A stretch of 64,000 nt of DNA from a virus (Duplodnaviria > Heunggongvirae > Uroviricota > Caudoviricetes), in the IMG/VR virus record IMGVR_UViG_3300028603_000019, positions 3,877 through 67,876 of that record. The stretch is one strand, 5' to 3'. Below, one piece after another: positions 1 through 8,720 of this stretch. The translations under genes were made by a program, and so were the position numbers. Every line of letters starts with the position of its first letter. The first letter of the stretch is position 1. The notes below the pieces were generated by a model. The model did no database searches. It saw nothing but the letters and a program-made list of their open reading frames with translations, and was not told where the DNA came from.

Positions 1-160
1 TTCTGATTACACGTATCTTGATTTCAAGAGTTTCTTGATTCTTCCTGATTCGTTGATCTTATCTTGATTTTCCTGGAATCTTGACTACGTGATTCGGCCC
101 AAGTAATAATATCAAGATCTATACATTATCTCCTTCCCGATTTCCCGGTGGGACATCCTT

Positions 161-189
161 ATTATACCACGGTTTTCCAGTAGTGTCAA
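161..189 (-). promoter_or_regulatory. Consensus sigma70-type (early) promoter pointing out of the left end
   Basis: Minus strand TTGACA-17 bp-TATAAT, followed by a GGAAGGAG RBS-like sequence. Confidence 0.75.
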
Positions 190-235
190 GCCAGAAAATC
201 AAGAAAAGTGGAGATTATTTTCACGCCCCTCCGAG

Positions 236-242
236 CTAAATA
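236..242 (+). promoter_or_regulatory. T4-like late promoter CTAAATA upstream of gp13
   Basis: The same heptamer sits upstream of gp18 (6208), gp19 (8099) and gp22 (12904); resembles T4 TATAAATA. Confidence 0.65.
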
Positions 243-273
243 GGAATATACCCCACAGTAAGGCATTTCTCAT

Positions 274-1017
274 ATGGCTGTCCCACAAACCCGAGATGAA
301 TTCAAACAATATGTCCTGAGAAAATTGGGTCATCCCGTTATTGAGATCAACGTGGCCGATGAACAAGTTGAGGACAGGATTGATGAAGCCATCAGGTTCT
401 GGCAAGATCATCACTTCGATGGATCCCAACTCATCTACCTAAAGCATGAACTCACTCAAGACGATATAGATAATGGCTATATCGAGGTGCCAAAGCGCCT
501 CCTCGGAGTAGTCAGAATTTGGGACGTCGGTTCAAGTATTTTCTCGGGCATGGGGATGTTTAACGTCACTTACCAGTTTGTCCTAAACAATATCCAGGAC
601 ATTACAGGATACAGTGTCCAGAATTATTACATGGCCATGCAACATATCTCTTTCCTGCAGGAAATCCTCGTTGGGCGCCCATTGATCAGATTTCAGAGGC
701 ACGTGAACAGAGTCTACATCGATGGTAAACAATCGCAACTCCAGGTGGGATCCTTTATTATCGTGGAAGCCTATGATGCCATTGATGAAGAAGCCAACCC
801 TGATATGTGGAATGACCGTTTCCTTCAAAACTACGCGGCAGCACTGGTGAAGGAATCCTGGGGAAGTAATACCTCAAAGTATGAAAATGTCCAGCTTATG
901 GGTGGGATAGTGTTTAATGGTATGCAAATCCTGAATGACGCAAGAGAAGAACGACGAACCCTTGAAGAACAAGCTATCAGTGGATTACAACCACTCGTTT
1001 ACAATTTTTACGGATGA
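274..1017 (+). CDS. Neck protein, T4 gp13-like
   Basis: MAVPQTRDEFKQYVLRKLGHPVIEINVADEQVEDRIDEA N-terminus typical of gp13; first gene of the T4 neck/tail/head block. Confidence 0.9.
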   Translation: MAVPQTRDEFKQYVLRKLGHPVIEINVADEQVEDRIDEAIRFWQDHHFDGSQLIYLKHELTQDDIDNGYIEVPKRLLGVVRIWDVGSSIFSGMGMFNVTYQFVLNNIQDITGYSVQNYYMAMQHISFLQEILVGRPLIRFQRHVNRVYIDGKQSQLQVGSFIIVEAYDAIDEEANPDMWNDRFLQNYAAALVKESWGSNTSKYENVQLMGGIVFNGMQILNDAREERRTLEEQAISGLQPLVYNFYG

Positions 1018-1770
1018 TTGACATTGGCAACCAATCCCTACTTCCGCAATTACAATAACCCAAACGAGCAGAACCTGTTTGACTCTCTGGTGATCGAGAG
1101 CATCAGGATTTATGGTGTGGACACATTGTATATCACCAGAAGTCTCCGGTCCGTCGATGAAATCCTGAATGAAGATGATCTTAGTGTCTATGACAAGACA
1201 TTTGACATAGAGATGTATGTGAAGACGGTCGATGGGTTTGCGGGAGAAGGAGATTTCCTGTCCAAGTTCGGACTGACGATTCGCGACCAGGTTACGTTTA
1301 CGGTCGCTATCAGGACATTTGAGAAGCATGTCACTCGTGTATTTCCCAGTCTCGTTCGCCCGCTGGAGGGAGACTTGGTATATTTTCCGTTCAATGGCAA
1401 GTTCTTCAAAATCATGCACGTTGAACATGAGTCAGTATTCTATCAAGTCGGTAGCCTCAACGTGTTCGATCTCAAGTGTGAACTGTTGGAATATTCCAAT
1501 GAGCGGTTCGAGACTGGAATCGACCTGATTGATCACTACTACGATGATGTCAATACCGAGAACCAACAAGTATCATCATTGGATACTTTGTTCGAGAAGG
1601 ATCCTGTCGCGAAAAACATCTTCTTTGAGGAAGAGGGACAGAACATTATTGATTTTTCTGAAGTTGATCCCTTCAGCGAGGTGATTTCCAGGCCGACCAA
1701 TTATGCGGTGACAGCAGATACAACTGACTTCACGTCTGATGATACCGATACCACGTCTGACACGATCTGA
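1018..1770 (+). CDS. Neck protein, T4 gp14-like
   Basis: NPYF..EQNLFDSLVIESIRIYG, RPLEGDLVYFP motifs; synteny. TTG start uncertain. Confidence 0.88.
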   Translation: MTLATNPYFRNYNNPNEQNLFDSLVIESIRIYGVDTLYITRSLRSVDEILNEDDLSVYDKTFDIEMYVKTVDGFAGEGDFLSKFGLTIRDQVTFTVAIRTFEKHVTRVFPSLVRPLEGDLVYFPFNGKFFKIMHVEHESVFYQVGSLNVFDLKCELLEYSNERFETGIDLIDHYYDDVNTENQQVSSLDTLFEKDPVAKNIFFEEEGQNIIDFSEVDPFSEVISRPTNYAVTADTTDFTSDDTDTTSDTI

Positions 1771-1850
1771 GGATTTTCTGATGTTAAGACAAATTATCAA
1801 CACCGGTCTTCAGGCCAACGACCGAACCGGAGATCCTCTCCGGATTGCAA

Positions 1851-1893
1851 TGACCAAGGAAGCCTGGAAATCTTCAGTTTCCAGGTAGTTCAC
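1851..1893 (+). mobile_element. IS200/IS605-type right-end hairpin (non-autonomous remnant) between gp14 and gp15
   Basis: CCTGGAAA-TCTTCAG-TTTCCAGG-TAGTTCAC; 42/43 nt identical to the reverse complement of 56329-56371. Confidence 0.65.
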
Positions 1894-1925
1894 ATGAACC
1901 TATCATTGGGTAATCACTGACACAT

Positions 1926-2744
1926 ATGCCAATCACGAATCACTTCTATCACGGAACAACTCGCCGATACATCGCTCTGTTTGGTTCACTATTCAACAAG
2001 ATGGTGATCACGCGGGACGATAATGATGGTGTCGAGCAGCAACGAATGATCGTCCCGATTTCATATGGACCGTATCAAAAATTTCTGGCCCGGATAACAC
2101 AAGATCCTAGGTTGGACAGGAAGCAGGCCGTGTCACTTCCCCGTATGTCTTTCGAGATCCTAAGCATGTCGTATGATGGTGCACGAAAGACCAATGCAAA
2201 TAACAGGCTTCGGATCTTGACAACGACTGAGGGAAAGAGGAATTTTATATACACCGGTGCTCCATATAATTTGGAATTCAACCTATATGTGATGACTAAA
2301 TATGCCGAAGATGGTACGAAGATCTTGGAACAGATCACTCCATTCTTCCAACCTGATTATACCTTCTTTGCTCATATCCTGGATGAGCTTCCGGCGTTTG
2401 ATATCCCCCTGGTTCTCAACAGCATCTCCGCGGAAGACATATATGAAGGAGACTTTGAGACACGTCGGAGCTTGATGTGGACGTTATCCTTTACTATGAA
2501 AGCATGGTATTTCGGACCTATTAGGGATCGTTCGGTAATCAAGTTTGTGGACACTCATCTTCATCAAAACATGGACCATGATTCTCCGGTGATCGGTAGA
2601 ATCATGGTCCAGCCCGGACTGACCGAGGATGGGGAACCGACGACCGATCCAGAAGATAGTGTACCGTATCAAGAGATTGAATTCGAAGATGATTGGGGAG
2701 TAATTGTGATGAAACAGGAATATTTGGATGGCGAAGAAACCTAA
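1926..2744 (+). CDS. Tail sheath stabilizer / tail completion protein, T4 gp15-like
   Basis: HFYHGTTRRYIALFGSLFN, VPISYGP, LPRMSFE, APYNLEF motifs. Confidence 0.9.
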   Translation: MPITNHFYHGTTRRYIALFGSLFNKMVITRDDNDGVEQQRMIVPISYGPYQKFLARITQDPRLDRKQAVSLPRMSFEILSMSYDGARKTNANNRLRILTTTEGKRNFIYTGAPYNLEFNLYVMTKYAEDGTKILEQITPFFQPDYTFFAHILDELPAFDIPLVLNSISAEDIYEGDFETRRSLMWTLSFTMKAWYFGPIRDRSVIKFVDTHLHQNMDHDSPVIGRIMVQPGLTEDGEPTTDPEDSVPYQEIEFEDDWGVIVMKQEYLDGEET

Positions 2745-3216
2745 CCCGATTGATGCCGCGCTAGGATTGCGTCCACTGGAAGAAATTCAGGAAGCTGAAG
2801 TTGTGAAGGAGATGACTCCGGTTGTTTCCCAACAAGAGGATCCTTTGCCGCCTGTCGTGGTCGATGATGAGGTTCTTCCGCTGATCGACCAGGAAGTCGT
2901 GAGGGACGTTGAGAAGGCAAGGGAGAATATCCTCGATCTGATTGATATTGGCAAGGACTCACTTGAAGAATTGGTCACCCTTGCCAAGCAATCTGAGAAA
3001 GCACGTGATTTTGAAGTTGCTTCCGGGATGATCAAGACCCTCCTGGACGCGAATAAGCAATTCGTGGAAGCGGCAGAGAAGAAGCGTGATATCCACAAGG
3101 AGAACCGAAAAGGTGACATTCCACAGGGTGGAGCAGTTACCAATAACAATACCCTGATCCTATCTACCGTAGATGCATTGAAAATGATCCGAGGAGAAGA
3201 AATTGAGCATGAGTGA
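2728..3216 (+). CDS. Terminase small subunit, T4 gp16-like
   Basis: Helical region ELVTLAKQSEKARDFEVASGMIKTL and C-terminal VTNNNTL; position between gp15 and gp17. Confidence 0.8.
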   Translation: MAKKPNPIDAALGLRPLEEIQEAEVVKEMTPVVSQQEDPLPPVVVDDEVLPLIDQEVVRDVEKARENILDLIDIGKDSLEELVTLAKQSEKARDFEVASGMIKTLLDANKQFVEAAEKKRDIHKENRKGDIPQGGAVTNNNTLILSTVDALKMIRGEEIEHE

Positions 3217-3754
3217 GATTGAAACAATGATTGATCCTCTGGAGTTTGTCACCAAACACATCAGACTCTGGAGTAATTACGGTGAATTTAAATTTATGGT
3301 CCCAAACAAGGATCAAGAGGAAATTTTACGAGCTTATGAACGTGGCAATGAGCTAATTGCTCGCGTGCTTCCTAGGCAGGTTAGTAAGACTTCTGTTGCC
3401 ACTGCCATCCTTCTTCATTATGTGTATCACAACCCGGACAAGACTGTTGTGGTCTTGTCTCATACACTCCAATCGGCGGCTAGCATTTGTAGTCGTGTGG
3501 GCTCAATTCATGACGACTGCACACTCAAAAACATATTCCCCTTGATTAAGCGAAACAAATTTGAATTGGAATTTTCCAATCGAAGTAAAATCCTCTTCAA
3601 GTCTTGCAACTCAAATCTGAGGGGATATTCCATCGACTTTCTGTATGAAGATGAAGGGCAATTTTACAAACACACACCTGATGGTTTGCCGTTTTCCTTA
3701 ATTGATTCGGGTGCCCGTGTCCTACAGTTGAGTTCGGCTCGATATCATGCATGA
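3203..3754 (+). CDS. Truncated paralog of the terminase large-subunit ATPase domain
   Basis: LPRQVSKTS (Walker A-like) and LRGYSIDFLYEDE (Walker B-like); only 183 aa, no nuclease domain. Confidence 0.65.
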   Translation: MSMSEIETMIDPLEFVTKHIRLWSNYGEFKFMVPNKDQEEILRAYERGNELIARVLPRQVSKTSVATAILLHYVYHNPDKTVVVLSHTLQSAASICSRVGSIHDDCTLKNIFPLIKRNKFELEFSNRSKILFKSCNSNLRGYSIDFLYEDEGQFYKHTPDGLPFSLIDSGARVLQLSSARYHA

Positions 3755-6194
3755 TCGTCGTAATGAAGCCTACATGGGCAACAGCCTCATCAAAAAGGCT
3801 GGTGTCACGCATAACTTTACTCCAGATCAACTCCTCGAGCTGAAGAAGTGTGCTGAAGATGTAGTATATTTTACCGAAAATTACTGCAAGATCATCACTG
3901 TTGATCAGGGAATGCAGCTATTCAAGGTATTTGATTACCAGAAGAAGATGTTGAATTCCTTCACTGATCATCGTTTCAACATCTGCCTATTGCCCCGACA
4001 AATGGGGAAATGTGTCCATGGAGATACCATGATTGAGGTGCGCCACCGACCGTCTGACGCAGCTACCAGAATGTCAGTATCAAATTTCCATGATCATTTT
4101 ACTCAACCTATTTTACCTCTCGATCCCAAGTTCATCGAATCATTTGAGGTATCGGAATGGGAAGTGATGACGGATACCGGATGGGAAGAAATTACCCATT
4201 CTCATAAGACCATACCGTATCAAATATATACCGTTGTTACTTGTAGGGGTAAACACCTCTCTTGTGCAGATGATCATATTCTTTTTAGAGCTGATTATAC
4301 CGAGATATTTGTTCGAGACTTGGTTATAGGAGATGAAGTCAGAACCACAGATGGTGTCGAGGTTATCAAGGATATTTTGATCGGATATACTTTCGAGAAT
4401 ATGTACGACTTGAGTGTAAACTCAGATAATCACCGATATTACACGAACGGATTTCTATCCCACAACTCTACCGTTGTTGCAGCATTCATTCTTCACTATG
4501 CCCTGTTCAATCCGGAAAAGACCGCTGCCGTCCTGGCAAACAAGGCGGTTACTTCTCGTGAGATCCTATCCCGGATCCAACGTATGTATGAGAATCTTCC
4601 GTGGTGGCTCCAGATGGGGGTCAAGGAATGGAATAAGGGATCCGCACTCTTTGGAAACGATAGCAAGATTCTATCCGCCGCCACTTCCTCATCATCCATT
4701 CGGGGACAATCTATCAACTGTGTCGTAGGGTCTACCCCTGTTACGGTCAGGTCAAGGGATGGACAAGTTGTGAACCTACCCATCAAAGAAGTGTATCCCG
4801 ATCTATATGATGAGATTTTGACTCAAGATGGGTTCAAGAAGTTTGATGGGATCAGGTCTTCCTACAACACGGAATTCAAGCTTCGGATAAATGACAGGAT
4901 TACCGTGACCCCCGGTCACCAATTTCGGACCGCGGAGGGAATATTCAAGCGGGCCGCATGTCTGAATATCGGTGAAATGTTGGCAAATGGGATCCGAGTG
5001 GATGCCATACAAACAGTATTCAGTGAAGAATTTGTATATGATCCTGTTAATGTGAAAGATACCGCTTCATACGTCACGGGAGATTTCATATCTCACAACT
5101 GCCTGTATCTTGACGAATTTGCTCACATCGAACAACAAATGGAATTTTGGGAATCGACCTATCCGGTTATTTCCTCGGGCGATTCCACAAAAGTAATCAT
5201 CACTTCCACACCAAAGGGCCTGGAACTGTTCCATAAAATCTATAAAGAGGCCGAAGAGGGCAAAAATTCATTTGTCCCGATTCGGGTAGAATGGTGGGAA
5301 CATCCGAAGCGTGACGAGAAATGGAAAGAGGAGACTCTCAAGAACATCGGATATGAGCAATTCAAACAAGAGTTCATGAATGAGTTCCAAGGCTCATCGG
5401 GAACACTGATATCCGGCGAGAAATTGAGAGTGCTCTCCGAGTCTAATCCTATTCATTCGGCGGAGGGTATATACCAATACAAGTCCCCGATCAAGGGAAG
5501 ATCATATGTTCTGATCGCTGATGTGGGTGAAGGGAAGGGACTTGATTATTCAGCGTTCGCTGTCATTGATGTCACTGAAATGCCGTATCAACAAGTGTGC
5601 ACCTTCCGTGATAACCTGGTCGGGCCGATTGACTATGCTGCAATCGTGTATCGCATCGCAAAGCTGTATAATGAAGCGCAGGTGATGATCGAGATCAATA
5701 GCATCGGTGTCCAGGTGTCCGACACGATGTGGATGGACTATGGCTATGAGAATATGGTATCAACTGTCTCCGCCGGAAGGAACGGAAAGAAAATCAGCTC
5801 GGGTTTCGGGAAGAACGTCGATCGTGGAATCAGGACGACGCGGGGAGTGAAGGCAACCGGATGCAGTATTTTAAAACTACTGATTGAGCAGGATCAATTG
5901 ATCCTACATGACAAGTTTACCATCGACGAATTGAAGAAGTTTGCTCGGAAGGGGAATTCGTTCGAGGCCGAGAAGGGTGCTCACGACGATATGGTGATGC
6001 CCCTGGTCCTGTTTGCGTGGATGACCGAGCAAAGTTATTTCAAAGAAATGACCGATATTGAAACATTGAGATCACTTCGAGAACGGTCGGACGAGGAACT
6101 GGATGACTCATTGTCATTCTTCTTTGTTGATAACGGAATAGATGATCCGTTTGGACGAGATGAAGAAGTTGTGGAGACATGGATGGGATGGTAA
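3747..6194 (+). CDS. Terminase large subunit, T4 gp17-like, interrupted by two inteins
   Basis: LPRQMGK, LYLDEFA, IITSTPKG, QEF, DVGEGKGLDYS, HDDMVM motifs. Confidence 0.95.
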   Translation: MHDRRNEAYMGNSLIKKAGVTHNFTPDQLLELKKCAEDVVYFTENYCKIITVDQGMQLFKVFDYQKKMLNSFTDHRFNICLLPRQMGKCVHGDTMIEVRHRPSDAATRMSVSNFHDHFTQPILPLDPKFIESFEVSEWEVMTDTGWEEITHSHKTIPYQIYTVVTCRGKHLSCADDHILFRADYTEIFVRDLVIGDEVRTTDGVEVIKDILIGYTFENMYDLSVNSDNHRYYTNGFLSHNSTVVAAFILHYALFNPEKTAAVLANKAVTSREILSRIQRMYENLPWWLQMGVKEWNKGSALFGNDSKILSAATSSSSIRGQSINCVVGSTPVTVRSRDGQVVNLPIKEVYPDLYDEILTQDGFKKFDGIRSSYNTEFKLRINDRITVTPGHQFRTAEGIFKRAACLNIGEMLANGIRVDAIQTVFSEEFVYDPVNVKDTASYVTGDFISHNCLYLDEFAHIEQQMEFWESTYPVISSGDSTKVIITSTPKGLELFHKIYKEAEEGKNSFVPIRVEWWEHPKRDEKWKEETLKNIGYEQFKQEFMNEFQGSSGTLISGEKLRVLSESNPIHSAEGIYQYKSPIKGRSYVLIADVGEGKGLDYSAFAVIDVTEMPYQQVCTFRDNLVGPIDYAAIVYRIAKLYNEAQVMIEINSIGVQVSDTMWMDYGYENMVSTVSAGRNGKKISSGFGKNVDRGIRTTRGVKATGCSILKLLIEQDQLILHDKFTIDELKKFARKGNSFEAEKGAHDDMVMPLVLFAWMTEQSYFKEMTDIETLRSLRERSDEELDDSLSFFFVDNGIDDPFGRDEEVVETWMGW
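4011..4466 (+). mobile_element. Mini-intein 1 (152 aa, no homing endonuclease) in the terminase Walker A motif
   Basis: GK|CVHGDT...YYTNGFLSHN|S: N-terminal Cys, C-terminal His-Asn, +1 Ser. Confidence 0.92.
4719..5099 (+). mobile_element. Mini-intein 2 (127 aa) just before the terminase Walker B motif
   Basis: SIN|CVVGST...YVTGDFISHN|CLYLDEF: N-terminal Cys, His-Asn end, +1 Cys. Confidence 0.92.
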
Positions 6195-6255
6195 GGTCAC
6201 CAAAAATCTAAATATACCGAGAGATTTCGCTATTCTAGATTAGTAGGAGAAAAAC

Positions 6256-8061
6256 ATGGTATTCTCAGTAAGCCCGTCCGTTAATGTTCGGGAAGTTGAC
6301 CTCACAGCGGTCATTCCGGCCATCGGAAATTCTCCTGGGGCGATTGCCGGTGTATTTCGATGGGGACCCGTCAACGAACGTGTGTTGATCAATTCGGAAC
6401 AAGCATTGGCCAACCGCTTCGGGGAACCAACATCATTCAATGCCGAGACATTTTTCACGGCTGCCGATTATCTTGCATATTCAAATGCACTATACGTTGT
6501 TCGCGTCGCGTCCGAACATGCCTACAACGCCGGTACAGGGTATGAGCAAATCTTGAGTGAGGAAGAAGCTCAAGCGTTTGATTCTGAGGAATTCATTGCC
6601 AAGTATCCCGGCGAGATTGGTAATGAACTGGAAATTTCATATGCGGCTTCTAATGCTGCGATGGAATTTGTATTCTCTGACTTCACGGTTACAGTCGGAT
6701 CAAATACAGGGATTACAACCTCGGATATTATCCAAGTCGGGGATACCATTCGCGTAGGAAGCCCCTCAACTGGTTTCCAGAACCTGTCGGTTTCCAGCAT
6801 TACGTCCGACACTGATGCCAACACCGCAATTACGACATATGAACTCGGCTTCACGAGACGGTTCTTCTTGGGCGAGGACATTGTGGCAGGAACTGCGACT
6901 CGACTGTGGAAATATGCTCAATACTTCCAGCCACTTCAGGATGCAAGCTCCGTTCACGTCGTGGTCGCTCGCAATGGAGAAATCCTGGACCTGTTTGAGA
7001 ACCTGTCTACCAATCCAAATTCCAAACTGGACGATGGCACTTCAAACTATTACCGGAGCGTGATCAATCAAAGATCGAACTGGATATATGCGGCCGGGGG
7101 ATCAATCCTGGCCACTGGATCTCCAGTATACAAGTCATTCAGCGACGGAACAGACGGTTACGGGGAATCTACACCTGAAATTGCTGGTGCTGTGATGCAA
7201 GGATATGATCATTTTGCCAATGCGGAAGAAGTAGATATCAGTTTCATCCTTCAGGGCAAGGCAAACATCAATTCCAATCTTCCAAACTACATCATTTCCA
7301 ACATCCTCGACAAGCGGATGGATGCGGTCCTGTTTATCTCACCGAGACTGGAAGACGTGGTCACCCCATCTAATCCTCAAGACAAGATGAATGGTGTATT
7401 GGACTTCCGGGCCACGATTCAAAACTCCTCCTATTGGTTCATGGATTCCGGATACAAATACCGTTATGACAAATACAACGACGTGTACCGTTGGGTTCCT
7501 CTGAACGGTGATATCGCTGGTCTCGCATCAAGGATTGAGCCTTGGGAATCTCCGGCTGGTTATCGTCGGGGGATGATCCGGAATGTCGTGAAGCTTGCCT
7601 TCAACCCGACCAAGGAAATTCGCGATCAGTTGTATGGAAAGGACATCAATCCAGTATTCCATCAAGTAGGACAAGGCGCCCTACTATTCGGAGACAAGAC
7701 CGGACTCGGACTGGCATCAGCGTTTAACCGGATCAATGTTCGCCGCCTGTTCATCGTAATGGAAAAGGCGATTGCGACCACTTCACGGCAGTTCCTATTC
7801 GACTTCAACGATGAATTCACGCAGGCCCAATTCAAGAATATGGTGGAACCATTCCTGCGGGATATCCAAGGACGCAGGGGTATTATCGATTTCAGGGTTG
7901 TCAGCGACGGAACAGTGAACACACCGGACGTCATTGACCGAAATGAGTTCAGAGCAAATATTTTTGTCAAGCCAGCTCGAACGATCTCGTACATCTCTCT
8001 GGTATTCATCGCAACGCGCACGAATACTGATTTCGAGGAATTGGTGGGCCAACAATTCTGA
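6256..8061 (+). CDS. Tail sheath protein, T4 gp18-like
   Basis: SPSVNVREVDLT, WGPVNER, WVPLNGDIAGL, SAFNRINVRRLF, IFVKPARTI motifs. Confidence 0.95.
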   Translation: MVFSVSPSVNVREVDLTAVIPAIGNSPGAIAGVFRWGPVNERVLINSEQALANRFGEPTSFNAETFFTAADYLAYSNALYVVRVASEHAYNAGTGYEQILSEEEAQAFDSEEFIAKYPGEIGNELEISYAASNAAMEFVFSDFTVTVGSNTGITTSDIIQVGDTIRVGSPSTGFQNLSVSSITSDTDANTAITTYELGFTRRFFLGEDIVAGTATRLWKYAQYFQPLQDASSVHVVVARNGEILDLFENLSTNPNSKLDDGTSNYYRSVINQRSNWIYAAGGSILATGSPVYKSFSDGTDGYGESTPEIAGAVMQGYDHFANAEEVDISFILQGKANINSNLPNYIISNILDKRMDAVLFISPRLEDVVTPSNPQDKMNGVLDFRATIQNSSYWFMDSGYKYRYDKYNDVYRWVPLNGDIAGLASRIEPWESPAGYRRGMIRNVVKLAFNPTKEIRDQLYGKDINPVFHQVGQGALLFGDKTGLGLASAFNRINVRRLFIVMEKAIATTSRQFLFDFNDEFTQAQFKNMVEPFLRDIQGRRGIIDFRVVSDGTVNTPDVIDRNEFRANIFVKPARTISYISLVFIATRTNTDFEELVGQQF

Positions 8062-8076
8062 CCTATCTTAAAATGA

Positions 8077-8099
8077 GCCGGGAGAACCAATCCCCCGGC
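8077..8099 (+). terminator. Hairpin after gp18, abutting the gp19 late promoter
   Basis: GCCGGG...CCCGGC inverted repeat, no clear U-tract. Confidence 0.4.
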
Positions 8100-8138
8100 T
8101 AAATAAACCAACAAGATCACAAATTACTGGAGAAACAT

Positions 8139-8672
8139 ATGTTCTCAATCAACGAATTCAGATCACAGCTTGTTGGTGGTGGTGCACGTCCTACCCTCTT
8201 TCAAGTTCAGATCACCAACCCGATTACGGGAATTGCCGATTTCAAGATTCCCTTCATGGTCAAGACCGCTTCATTGCCGTCCTCGACAGTCGGTCAATAT
8301 GAAGTTCCCTATATGGGAAGAAAGATCAAGTATGGCGGAGACCGAACATTCGAGGACTGGACGGTCACTGTCATCAACGATGAAGACTTCCTGATTCGGA
8401 ATTCAATGGAAGCGTGGTCAAATGCCATCAACACATTTGAGTCCAACGCTAGGGCACTTCCACAGATATACAAGTCTGATGCCCAGGTGATTCAATACGG
8501 TAAAGACCAAACTCCTCTTCGCCAATATACATTCCAGGGTCTATTTCCAACTAACATCTCTGAAATCAGTCTCGGTTGGGAACAGAATGACTCCATTGAG
8601 GAATTCACTGTTACGTTTGCGTATGATGCATACACAGTCGATGGCGGAATAACCGGAATGCCGCTGACCTGA
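8139..8672 (+). CDS. Tail tube protein, T4 gp19-like
   Basis: GGARPTLF, YMGRKIKYGGDRTFEDWTVTVINDEDF, IEEFTVTFAY motifs. Confidence 0.95.
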   Translation: MFSINEFRSQLVGGGARPTLFQVQITNPITGIADFKIPFMVKTASLPSSTVGQYEVPYMGRKIKYGGDRTFEDWTVTVINDEDFLIRNSMEAWSNAINTFESNARALPQIYKSDAQVIQYGKDQTPLRQYTFQGLFPTNISEISLGWEQNDSIEEFTVTFAYDAYTVDGGITGMPLT

Positions 8673-8720
8673 TTTGGTCGCGTGAGCTACCGGGACTTTG
8701 ATTATGATGGAGAATGAATA

